Assembly (NCBI RefSeq): GCF_009914755.1
Contig: NC_060925.1
Length of the DNA: 64,000 nucleotides
Strand: one strand, 5' to 3'
Source of the DNA: the human T2T-CHM13v2.0 reference genome, Homo sapiens
Positions 27,205 through 41,232 of the stretch are shown here, piece after piece. The translations under genes and the position numbers were made by a program. The notes under the pieces are model-generated. The model ran no database searches. It had not been told where the DNA came from and worked only from the letters and a program-made list of their open reading frames with translations. The stretch's first letter is position 1. Each line of letters begins with the position of its first letter.

Positions 27205-29737
27205 CGCTATGATTACGCCTCCTCTGCTTTTACAAAGTACACCAGAAAGCAGTATCATTATTTGAGTCACACCTGGTAACTTGACACCTGCTGACACCTT
27301 TCTACTGTTTACTTGCAATGTCTCAATTTTCCACCCTTCTAAAGGACTCAGTGTCATCTGAAAGCTTGGCACTTTCACTATGTGCCCAGGGCTGGAGATC
27401 ACTGATAAAGACGTTAAATAAAACCCATTTTAGTTCCACTCTCTACATAATGCTCGCTATTTAAAGGACTCACTCAAAGAAGTGCCTGTTTCCCTCTACC
27501 CTTTGTTTCTTCTGTCTGAACTACTTCCTTCTCTTTGACAAAACTCATCCCTTCCAATTCCACAGTGTGTCTTAGCTGTTACAGCTAAGGGGAGGGGAGG
27601 GGAGGATTGGCAAAGACTTTTTGAACGTTTAAATAAATCCTATCTATGGGCTCTCCCATGTCAGCATGCTTGGTTCACCTAAAACCATTCCAGAACCAGC
27701 TTAAGAGCCAGGCTTGTCACTAAACAGCTGTGTGACTATGGGCAGAGTCCCTTTATCTGTCTGTTTCTCAGTTTCTTCATCTGTAAAACAAAGCAACTGG
27801 TCTCTGTGATTTATTGATATGTGGGGTCTCATATTTAGATATAAAACTCTATCATTCTGGTCTGTCTTGATATAAGGCAAAGGGCTCTTTCTCAAATAGG
27901 CTGTGTTTGTTTAAGATTTGAATGATGTCTTTATTGGCCTATAAGACGCTTGGTACTCTTTCTATGCATGAACCTTTTATGGGTAATCAGAGATGAGACA
28001 GATATTGTGAGCAATAAAGAGAGGAAATCTGAATAATTTGAGCCATGGCTCTGCAGTAGAAAGTTGACAGGGACATATAATCTAGCCCTCCGGAGTGATC
28101 TTTACACAGAAATAAAGTTTTCAAATGAGCACTTAGGGAAGTTATACTCTCACACTCAGCTCAACCACCTACAGTCTCTTATAGGCAGCTAAAGTGTTAA
28201 TACAGCTGGACACTGAATGACATAAAATCAACTGGGTCAATGAAGAGATATGGGCTGACCCAAGTACTGAGATGCACTTCAAGTTATACAGAAAGTGCAA
28301 GTATCGGCAGTCAGGACCTAAATACCTACAAGGCCAGACAGGTCACAAGAATGTGTAAATGCTGCTGACTATTAACTCCCTAGGGAGTGGAGAACTAGGC
28401 CCAGTTAGACAGCACATGCCTCTCTGCAAGGCGTCCCAATTCAGTTCTTTCAAAAATGATCCTGGTGAAACAAAACCCACCTGAAGACCAGAATCAGCCC
28501 TCATAGTACTAGTTAATAATCTCTGATCTTACTGGTAGGTCAGCCCTCTGGATTTCTTTGTTGACTTTTTATGGAACTAAACTCCCTGTTACTCTGATAA
28601 AGCCAGTGAAGAAAGGCATGAACGGATGTATTTCTCTGGCAAAGTAATATAAAAGACTCCATTTATGTGATGACCTAAATCTACTCCACTTGTTAGAGAA
28701 AAAACTTCTGTTATTTAAAAAACAAACAGTTCTTTTTCAGGGTGCCCACTTTATAGAGTTCTAGTGAAGACTGAAAAAGATAATAATCTGAGATACTTAG
28801 CATAGCATCTTGCACATAAATGTTAGCTGCTACCATGACTACTACTGTTACATTATATCCGGTGATGGAACGCAACTACATTTTTCCACAGAACCACACA
28901 GAACTATAATATCCTCAGGCTGGGGAAGTTTTGAGGTTTTGGATTCTTGTGCTTTCTAGATTCTGCTGCTGCTCAGACACTGTAAGTTTCTTTAACGTGT
29001 GGATGTAGCACATCTGTCACTTCCTTCCTCTCCACCCACTCCACTCCAACTGAATGTCCCAATGCTGATATTCAGGAAAAAAGGTAGAGCAAACAATTAT
29101 AAAACATCTATTCTTTGCACCTCTTCCAACGTCAAGATTTTTTTTAAAATCCATTTTTGAAATTGACACACCATTCTCAATCCCACCCATTGTAATGATA
29201 CCCCTACAATCTTGAGAATCCTTTATGGGAAGCGGATGTCTCTTAAAAATTCATAAGGCACAGCCTGCATGCTTCAACATGACAAAACACCTCTTCATAT
29301 AGCTTCTGTTGTTTTTCCCCCTTCTTTTCACACCTTTGTTAAAGGTAAACACTACAATGTGGCATCATCGTATTCTACTCAAGCTTTAGAAAAAGTAGAC
29401 TATTTTAACATTTTGACTCATGCTCTATTACAAATCTTTATTATTTCATGGGTTCAATTGTTTAATCTTTCTCAGTCCTGCAATGTAACACTAATAAAGA
29501 ACAATTTGGAATCAATGAATGAATGAACAAATGAATGAATGTATCTTTGAAAATCAAGGAATTCACAAAGGATAAAAATCAATACCTCTGCTTAAGAACT
29601 TATTTTCAAAATAGCTCAATAGCACATTATTTTTGTTTGCTTTTGAGAAAAGTTCCAAATAGACCAAATACTAACACATTAACCATGTGATTTAAAGATG
29701 TAATAATAAAATTATCACTTCTTTGAAGTATACTAAA

Positions 29738-29961
29738 CAGGTTAGTACCCCTTATGCAAAATGTTAGGGACGAGAAGTGTTTGGGATTTCAGATTTTGAA
29801 ATATTTGCTATACTTACCCAGTAGAGCATCTCTCATCCAAAAATCAGAAATCCTGAATGCTTCAACGAGCATTTCCTTTGAGCATCATGTTGGTGCTCAA
29901 AAAGTTTTCAATTTTGGTACATTATAGATTTTGAATTTTTGAATTAGGGATGCTCAACCTA
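29738..29961 (+). mobile_element. Tigger4a (Zombi/MER46-type) MITE
   Basis: Terminal inverted repeats CAGGTT.AGTACCCCT / AGGGATGCTCAACCT. Internal GAGCATTTCCTTTGAGCATCATGTTGGTGCTCAAAAAGTTT. Confidence 0.85.
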
Positions 29962-30373
29962 TTTTTTTGGTAAACTTTGTTTTTCTAATGGCTAAAACAT
30001 ACGTATAAGCATATCTTGCTTTATAAAGCATCTCAATCAAACATCTCAGATGCATTAAAGAACACAAACATTACATGAAGACTCCTTTTGAAATACGAAT
30101 AATGCCTCTGATTTATTTCCTTTTGAAATTCTGAGTTTCCTCTTCTTTATAGGACACCTACAATAAATAATAAGTTATGCCAAGTGATATTACAAAAGAA
30201 CACTGATTTATTTTACTATTTGTTTTCCCTAAAGGGAAAGAATATCAGAGAAACAGCTAGATTATGTTTACGGCTAAGTTAACTTCGGCTAAGTTAACTT
30301 CATCTTATTTGTCTATACTTCATTGTTCTAGTAGCAGTAGGTTGCCTCAATAGCTAACTACCTAACTGCATAG

Positions 30374-30679
<306 letters not shown>

Positions 30680-31188
30680 TAACTGCATATCTTTCACACC
30701 ATATCTTTTTCTTAAGAGCAAAGAAAGAAACAAGAAGCAACTTCATGTATTTGGACAACTTGTACTATGAAGTAGGCATCTACTGTATAGTCTTGATTTA
30801 TAGTCTTCTTCACAGTAAAACATAAGAAAATCCTAGTTGAGGATCAAGACAAGCTAATCCAATCAGCTTTCCTAAAAGAAATCAAATTGACTTTACACCA
30901 CCTCCCCAATTCCTGCAAGGATTTCCCAGTGAGTCAGATCCAGAAGCAGAAATGGTTACCAGCGCTACATTTCTATTTTCTTATTTGCAAAGACAGTGAA
31001 AATTTTAGTTTTGTTCCCTTGAGGGTTTATTAAATTTACTTTTTCTCTTTGATCACACCCATAACAGTAGATTCAAATCAGTAAATCCACCGATACTTAA
31101 GAATAAATCGCAAGATAACAACAAAACAAGCAGAGGTGAACGAACAGAGATGCATGTATGAGGAACAGGAGGCTGTCCTTGTCCTGGG

Positions 31189-31368
31189 AAGGGCTGGTTA
31201 CTTAATTTGCAGAGTCTAGCGCAAAGTGAAAATGCAGAATCCACTGTTGAAAAACCAAAAAACTTCAGGATGGCAACAGCAGAGCACTAAACCAACTACA
31301 GGGCACTTCTGAGCATGGGGTACTGTGCAACTAACTGCACAGGTCACAGACCCATGAAGCTGGTCCTG
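31189..31368. mobile_element. MER45A-like hAT-Tip100 MITE, full length
   Basis: ~180 bp, TIRs AGGGCTGGTT / AAGCTGGTCCTG, degenerate 8-bp TSD GTCCTGGG / GTCCCAGG. Confidence 0.75.
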
Positions 31369-33456
31369 GTCCCAGGAGACATTTGCCCTTGGGTTTCACC
31401 AAAGCAGTGGCATTGCCTTCTCCTGGAAGTAAATAGGGTCAGCAATGTAGACGTTAAAGACAAATTCAAATAAACTTCTAGTAAATCAAATACACGGAAA
31501 TGAAATAAAAGCTGCTTGGAGATACAGCTCTGTGGTGGGAGTGAGAGTGGGAGGGAGGTGGGGAGTTGAGACCTATTTGTTATTACATTCCCACTAACTA
31601 GCAAAGTGTCTAACACAGAATAGGTACTTAATAAAGGTTGAAATAAAAAACAATGCAAATGACAATCAACTTATCTCATTTTGGGAAGGTAATTCTTCTT
31701 CCCTCCAAGGTTGCACTGTTTATTACAGACAGCCATCTTCTCTCATCACATTGTACATTACATTAACCACACAGAATGTTTGAGATTAGATCCCAATGTC
31801 AACTGCATCTTAAAATATCTAAAATATCTGGCAGAAATAATTCCATTCTCAATAACCAACATAAAGAGAACAATTTCCCATTCACTAGCTGGAGCTGGCC
31901 AGGAGGAGAATTTGCTATTCTCAGCAAATTATATTATCCACAGGGAATTCATGCTTAATCTTAAGACTTGAAGGGAGTCCCTGTATCCCAGCCCACGGGT
32001 AGACTTTAAATATCCAGTAAAATGACATTTCAAAATAATAAAAGAACTAAAAGAACTGGAGGGACAAAATAAAGGGTGTTGTAAAAGGAAATGGAAATAC
32101 TACCATAATTAGAGCTTTTAAAACAGACACTTTAAACACTGGTTGAACACTAACTTGTTTACAACAGCACACAAGGCAGATTGCAGGAGTCTAAGGGGGA
32201 AAAGTATTGGTATTTATAAGAAAGAAAATGTGAAGAAAGCTACTGTAAGGTCACTTCCTGAAACCTAGTTTAAGCACACACATGCACACACACAGAGAGA
32301 CACACACATGCACACACCAAAACACCATTTTAACCCTTATGAAGATATACAGCTTCACTTAGTCTGGCTTTCCCATCAACATGCCATGGGCCCAAATACG
32401 TAACTGGAAAAAGGGGACCCCCATCATAGTTTAAAAATGCATTAACCTAACTCCCTTGTCACTCACTTCACACGCTGAAATGCACTTACCCTCTTTCTGG
32501 TACCTAAACAGCACAGCTTTAAATGTGGGTATTTATTCTCAGTTGGTTGAAAGACAACCTGTCCACTTGGTTCTTCCCAGACAGGAACTATCTTTAACAT
32601 TTAAGAATGCTCCATGCAAGCCCATACAGAGATTAAGTATTTTAAAAATCCTCCTGGTGATAACTGCTAGGCAGTTTTACCTGGCTGACTAGAATACCCA
32701 GGACTTTGGAAGAACTGGGAGATGTACAATAGATCACTGATCCTAAGAGTAGGGGATACCCATAGCTGCTGAGAAGCACCGAAAACAGACATAGCATCCA
32801 CCAGATAGAGGGTACTTGGAACAGGTCCTGTGGGCCTGATGTGTCTGCCAGATGTACGACAGTGTACTAAAATCATCCTTGGCAAATGGAATGACCGTGC
32901 TGGCTACAGCAGTAGTTGCACTCTGTCAATTCTGTAGAGTGCTCACCATTAATAGGGTGGACAGCCCCACCCAAACAGGCAGGCTACTAAGATGTCCTGG
33001 AAAAGTAGGAAATGTTATCTGACCTCATTAGGACAATTAGAAGCTCCTGTGCACTGTGCAACCATAACATTCAACAGTGAGTAATGCAAAGACAAACATG
33101 TTTTGGTTAAAAAAAAAAAAACCACAAAATTAAAAATTTTAGAAACCATGCATGCACTCAGCAACTTAGAAGTTTGTAGCCTAAATTCACTCTTCAAAAA
33201 TTAAGTTTTCTTTTAAAAGTTTTCTCTTTAGTATTGAAGAAATTAAAGAGGGACTTCCATGCTTGAGGAAGACTTGGAAAAACCCCAGACCTAAACTAAA
33301 AGCAGTGATCTTGGCCAGCAATTTTCTGGCTTCCCCTTGCTATTATTAAGTATCCTTCTGTTTGAGTAAGAATTTATCCACCTCTCAGAAGCCATCTTTT
33401 TTCTTTCCGTGTCCAGAAAAATGTGAAAACCATGTGTTTATAATGAGCCTGTTGCT

Positions 33457-33743
33457 ATGCAAATCATTAAAACACATTACAAAAATCTTTCCTTTGAGTC
33501 AGGAGAACATGCTGGGGAAGATGAACTGCTCAAGAGTCCCTTTGCTGGACAGAAAAGCTGGCAAAAAGGAATCTGAGAAGCAAAGCAAAATGGAAAAAAT
33601 TACAGTGGTCCCATCCCTTGAGTCATTTTAACCAACAGGGGAAAACTAACATTTTCAAAGCCCCAAGGTAATAAATCTTACAGTTTGGGGTTAACAAACT
33701 CGGTGGTTCTTAATCTCTTTAAATCCTATGGTTTCATGACTCA
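33457..33743. promoter_or_regulatory. AP-1 motif cluster (3x TGA[CG]TCA) plus octamer
   Basis: TGAGTCA 33495, TGAGTCA 33619, TGACTCA 33737, ATGCAAAT 33457. Confidence 0.45.
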
Positions 33744-35749
33744 TCCCCCATCTGTCTACCAGAGTGTGTCCTTCTTTTCACTATTTTCTTTTAACATTTC
33801 TATAACAATATCAAGGGATTTCTTCTTTTTTCCTTTTATTTGTAGCCCTGTGTGTATTTTCCTTTTAATATATTTTGTTTTCTCATTCAATTAACACCTT
33901 AAAGTAGGGCCTGAGTTATCCATTTCTTATCCAACACAATCATAGTGTCTTGGCAGGTTTCCCTCACTTATGAAGGGACTTGCCCCTCAAAAGCCATATC
34001 TAGCAGATGAGACACAGTATGTCAAATTAATGTCAAAAAAAGCAGTGCCTCCTAATTTTCTAATTTAAACCAATTTGGACTTGATAATTTTAATAAAGCC
34101 AATCACTTTATTAAACAATTTGCAATCAATGTCACTCTCAAATTTTTGTTGTGTTGTTCTGAATACACTACTGACCTAAAAATTTCCATGGGTGTGATTC
34201 TCTGGGGACAACAAATTAAATAAACAGCTTTTAAATGTATTTTCCTTTGACTCCTATGTGTCTTGATATATATATGGGTTCATATACACAGCAAAAAAAA
34301 AAGGAAAACCCAACCAGAGTATTAATCTAGACTCTTTGTCCTTGTTCAGAGAGAAGAAATGGCTGGTCATGACTAATGCTATAGAACCTGTTCTCAAACA
34401 GAAGTAGCCAAACCATTGCAAACATGTGTTGGATGAAAACAAGTTTGGTTGGCTCCAGACAAAGGCTTATTTTTTTCAGCACAGATGGCTGAATGGTTGC
34501 CTCCTCCAACGGGTTGCCCGCAAATGAAAGACAGATTTCTATTTCTAATCTATGCAAATATCTTACTCTGCAGGGCATCACAAAGACTAACTGTTTTGTG
34601 TCAGACACTGCAGATCCCAGGTGCTCTCAGAGATGCCAAAGCCCATCTCCACCTGAGATGCCTGGTAACTGGGATAACAGCGGATGACTGGAGAGTTAGT
34701 CATTAACCCGCTCCTAATGAATGTTGTTGGGGCCTTCTGTGAAACATTCCTCTGGAATCCTGCCCCACCACCACTGCTTCCCCTTGGCTGAGCTGCCTGG
34801 AAGGCAGTTTCAATATTCAGTTCGGACCTCAGATGCTGCTAAAACCTCCCAAGAAGGCTGAGATTCCCAAAGGCTCTTAAGGACTGTAGCATTTTTCACC
34901 TTGTGTTGAGCACATCTGTCCATCTCCAACACCACACCGAGAAAACTCAAGCATTTAAAAATGTTATTCTGTCCAAACCAGATCTCCTTTATTCTCTAGT
35001 CCATAAGCCTACAACCTACGGCATGTCTTGCTGAATCACACCTGATCGTTGTTGGTGGCCCTCAACCTTCCCAAATAAATGTAATTCCTTTATTCTTTTC
35101 TTCCTAACTTTTCTTTGATTTCTTACATTTTTTTTTTCTCATGTTCCTCCATATTCCCAGCTTAAATCTTTTACTCACTCTGACACCCCTTGGCACATTC
35201 CAGTTTTAGGGCCCCTTGGAGGCAACAAAAATTTCTGCAATGCTGCAAACATACACACATACTCACGCACAGACAAAATGTTGCATGCTAATCCAACTCC
35301 TAACTTTCAACATTCTTTGCCATAAAGAGTTGGTTAGACCTGAAATCTACATAATTTAGTTCCAGCGCTTAAATCTAAAAATATCTTTCAAAGTTTAAAA
35401 TTTTTTGTTAGTTTTTCTGATCAAATGTCAGCAACACAGTTTGCTTCAAAATCCTGTGTTGGAAAACACTTCTTTCCCTCCTTATCAACCTTCATCTGAA
35501 ATAAACCAGGCTAATTAAGCAAAAAGAAATTCTAAAGAAAAAAGAAAAGTCCTTCCTAAATCCCACAGTTAATAACCACCACTACCAAAACTTTTTACTC
35601 TATACCTCCCTCTTTGAAATTTAAATACCTTTTGTTTTAGTCTATGAATGCAAACATTGACAGTCAAACAATGCAGCATTAAGTTTACTTCCTTGGAAAA
35701 TCTAAAATTGTAAAGAGTTTTAGAGGTTAACTGATTCATTGATTCCTGA

Positions 35750-36110
<361 letters not shown>

Positions 36111-36519
36111 TATTCATTTTAAACAATAACATCCTCTTGATTCTCAGCTCTAGACATTACAACCAGACTTCTGGTACAGCTCTAGAATCATATTTATAAG
36201 TGCTCCAGGTAACTATGATACAGCAGGCCCTGGTCTTTTGAGAACCACTGATCTATTCCAACATCCTACCCAATATGGTGGCTCCCTCTACAGGATACCA
36301 CATGGGCTACCTGGTCCACGTGACAACATTCACAGAGACCAGTGCTCTCACCCTTTTGTAAGTCTTGTTCCATTTTTAGATGGCTTAGTTACTAGAAACT
36401 GTATTCCTACATTGAGCCAAATAGTCAAAGTTCTTTGGCTCCTTGGACTTCACTTACTTAGACCCTAATTTTGTGCTCCAGAACTGACAAAGAATTCCCC
36501 CTCCTACAACAGTCTGTAA

Positions 36520-36860
<341 letters not shown>

Positions 36861-37373
36861 GACTTAATTTTTCTAAGCTTAAACAACCTTTTTCTTTTAA
36901 CTTCATAAAGCATAACTTCTGAGTCCCTCTTTATTTCAACTGCTCTTTCTCACCAATAGGCCTTACAGGATAGGTCTGTCTAGAGTAACAATACTTCATT
37001 TTTCTTACAGACAGAACTTTTTTCAATATACACTAATTTCTAGTCCATGTTTCACCCTCATCACTCATTACCTTGCACTTAATGGCCGAGAGCCAAGAAT
37101 CAGCAAGTATTTATTAACTTAATGCTGTGTTCCTAGCACCGTGTAAAGTACTCAAGGAGGATTCAAAAGCCAACGGAAATCATCACATTTTGAGGAGTTA
37201 ATAATTTTTTGTACAGGAAGAACTTGGATATGTGAATCAACTTGAAAACAGGGAGCAATGGTATGCAACAGAGTGCTTTAAATGTCTATCACATGAAAAA
37301 CTGAACACTAGGTTTTTTGGATCAAGCTGTAAGCTAACTCACGGCCTCTGTTTGCAATTATGCCATCTACTTA

Positions 37374-38091
<718 letters not shown>

Positions 38092-38704
38092 TTAAAATAC
38101 ACTTAAAAATTTCAAGAGCATCCTTATATCAGAAATTTAAAATCTAAAAACTACACAAAAGTCAGGTAGAATACTCTTCCTTCTTCAAAGCATGTTCCCG
38201 CATTGCTTCCCAAGCATTCAGAATGACAAGGTCCGGGTAAAAGGCAAAAAGTAAAGGGTTTATGTGATTCCTTTTCCTACCAGAAATATCCATTTGATGA
38301 GGAGACTTCCCAGGTATTTTAATGGAAAACTCTTACCAATAAATGAACTATACCAACATCAAAAAAATGCACTTATTCCATTCACTGAATATGCTTTATG
38401 AACTTACACAAATCCCTCACTTTACAGATGAGAGGGGAAAACATCATTTCAAAGGCAGCACACGGTTTCTCCAAGCTAAAGCAGACACTGAGTAGCTGCA
38501 ATACCTTGTTCTCCTCTTCTACTGATGGCTTCTTGTCTCCTCTTATTTAGTAGGGACAATCATCAAAACTCCTGCTCTCGCAACATTTTCCTCCTTAACT
38601 TTACTCCCACTTTTAGTTACCTTCCCAATCTTCAAATTCGAAGTCTGATACCACATTTTGTTTGGGGATATTTTTAGGAAAAGGGTGGACAAAACAGAAT
38701 TAGG

Positions 38705-39031
38705 TTTTTGTTTTTGTTTTTGTTGTTTTTGTTTTTGTTTTTGAGACAGGGTCTCAGTCTGTTGCCCAGGCTGGAGTACAGTGGCATGATCACGGCTCAC
38801 TGCAGCCTTGAACTTCTGGGCTCAAGTGATCTTCCAACCTCAGTGTCCCGAGGAGCTGGAACTAAAAGCACAAAACACCATGTCTAGCTAGTTTTTATAT
38901 TTTTTTCTTTTTGTAGAGACAGGGTCTTGCTATGCTGCCCAGGCTGGTCTCAAACTCTTGGCCTCAAGCTCTCCTCCCACCTCAGCTTCCCAAAGTGTTG
39001 ATATTACAGGTATGAGACACCACGCCTGGCC
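38705..39031 (-). mobile_element. AluJ-like, ~340 nt downstream of the exon 3 donor
   Basis: (TTTTTG)n tail, CACGGCTCACTGCAGCCTTG J-type arm. Confidence 0.93.
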
Positions 39032-39368
39032 AGGTCATTAATTTTTTATTAAATTCTTGCATGCCTATTTTACCCACAGTCTCCGATGAATATTTCCACG
39101 CTGCTAGAGATGAAATTCTGCCTGGCTCAGGATCCCTACTACCTTACCAGCATTACAGAAAACTGCTGGGGTTAGCTACATGGATTCAACCAAAACTCTA
39201 AAGCTGCAAAGCAATGAGTAAACAACCCCCAACTATTTTACCCTCTCCCCCACCACACACCCGCACCCACACCCACACACCCCTAAATCTACCAGCTCAT
39301 CTACTTCATTGGAAGCTTCACAGTTAGTCAACACCCTTATATGGCACACAGGGGGAAAATGCACCTAC

Positions 39369-39538
39369 CTTGTGGCCTCTTGCTGAAGCCATGACACATT
39401 TGGCACATAGAACATGACTCCAAAGAAAAGCAAAGGCTCATTAGCGAATTTGTCCAGATGTTTCTTCAGAGGTTTCTCCAGCTCCACCCATCGTGCTTGC
39501 TGGCTCTTGCTGAGAAACCAAAGGCCAAAGTAGTGCGT
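39369..39538 (-). CDS. PTPN14: PTPN14 exon 3 (170 nt), [56 protein letters not shown](R), FERM domain
   Basis: Acceptor TTTTACCCTTTTATCTAG|ACG, donor AG|GTAGGT. Phase 0 in, phase 2 out. FERM motifs YFGL, W..L.K and F.V.FY. Not in the ORF track. Confidence 0.98.
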
Positions 39539-40904
39539 CTAGATAAAAGGGTAAAATAGCATCAGTTCATGCTCACCACAAGCATCCCAAGGCCACACAA
39601 GAAACGAGACTCCAGCATGCTGCATCCCACCCTGGGTTCCCCAGCCCATATATAAGATCCAGCTTTGACATATAACTTTGGGACTAATCAAAAGAAACCA
39701 CAACCACACACTACTGTAACATACATGGAGTATCCAGATGCAGTATCCCTACTCATTACTACTGTTTGTGCTTGCAGATACCAAAGCGCCCATGTGAGGT
39801 AAGGGGAGTCGCGCAGGGAAGGGATAGTGCTGACTTTTCCCCTGATATCTGAAGACTGCCTTTTCTGTGTGCCTTCTGCATGCTTCATGATCTCACATGG
39901 AGCACACTGGCAAAGACCAACACCGCTCCTGCACCTGCTGCAATGTAACTTATTACTCAATTCCTAAGACAAAACCGCCTGCCAACTGAAAGCTTCTGCA
40001 CTGTAGAATATTTTCATACAGTACCAGATTTTAACGGAGAATTTATTCACTCTTTTCGTGTGCTTTAAAAAGTATCATCCTCTTCCACTTTATTATACAC
40101 GAACTGCAGCAAATCTCTCCCCATATCAAGCTTTGAGAGAGGAAGGATCGCCTCTTCACAGCTGCTGCAGGAGCCCCTGGTGGCTGTTCTTGGCAGATTA
40201 TGGTGGGATTTGTTAGATGAAAGTGAGATTTTCGCCCTTAGACTTGAAGCCTAAACCAGTTTAGTTTTGAACAACATGCTAAATGATTAAAACAGGTACT
40301 TTTATGCACCCAATCCCATCTTTTATATTAATTCATGCTAGGATTTCAGGATTAGCACAACAATCACCAAAAAATAGATCACTGCTTTTGAAGATTCTTT
40401 TATATCTCAATTATAGCCTAGAATGGTTTACAGCACACCTGGAAATCTGCCTTCAAAAGAATGTTTTCATTACAATGTTCAATTTCCAAAGGCATTCTTA
40501 TGCTGATGTTCCCACTCCAGCTGGCTGCCCCCTCAACATTATACAGATCAATCCCTGCCACAACCCCACCAAAATCTCTCATGAAGCTATGACTCTGACT
40601 TTACTAGAAAACCAGACGTGCCCTTGCCTATATAAAGCTGCAGACCCAGATGCTTTAAAGATATTTTAAATGGATTTACTTTGAGATGGGGGTAATGATT
40701 TGATTAGCTTTCTCCCATGATGTTCCAAAGGACAAGTTCACATCAGAAATCTATGCATTTCTTGAGCAACAAAATGCCAACCAGAGCCAAGGTTATATTT
40801 CTATCAACTTAGACAAACTTACTTGGATGAATTCTGACCCTATTATTCATTTCCTAGCTCCACTGAGTCCATTAGTTGTTCCAACCTGAGTGATGACATA
40901 GAGG

Positions 40905-41232
40905 AAATGAAATGTGGCTGAATAGAAAGAAAACAGACTTGGAGGTCAGTCCATCTCCCATCTTTTGCACTCACTGTCTCAGTAACTTTACACAAGTCAT
41001 TGAGCCTTCTAGACTCTCAGAGTTTTCTCCTCTGCAAAATGGGGATGATGGTTACAACTTTTGCCCACAGGCTCTGAGAGGTGTAAATGAGATAATGCCT
41101 GTCAATCACCTGCATGGCACATGGTAAGTAACTACATCATAAGTGGTACCTTCTATTGCTGCTGCGGCTGCACGACTACTACTTCTGTTACCACCACCAC
41201 CACCACCATCGCCACCACCATCATCATCATCA
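40905..41232 (+). mobile_element. MIR followed by a (CAC)n(CAT)n trinucleotide tract (41189-41232)
   Basis: CAAGTCATTGAGCC...CTGCAAAATGGGGATGAT...TAAATGAGATAATGC. Confidence 0.7.
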
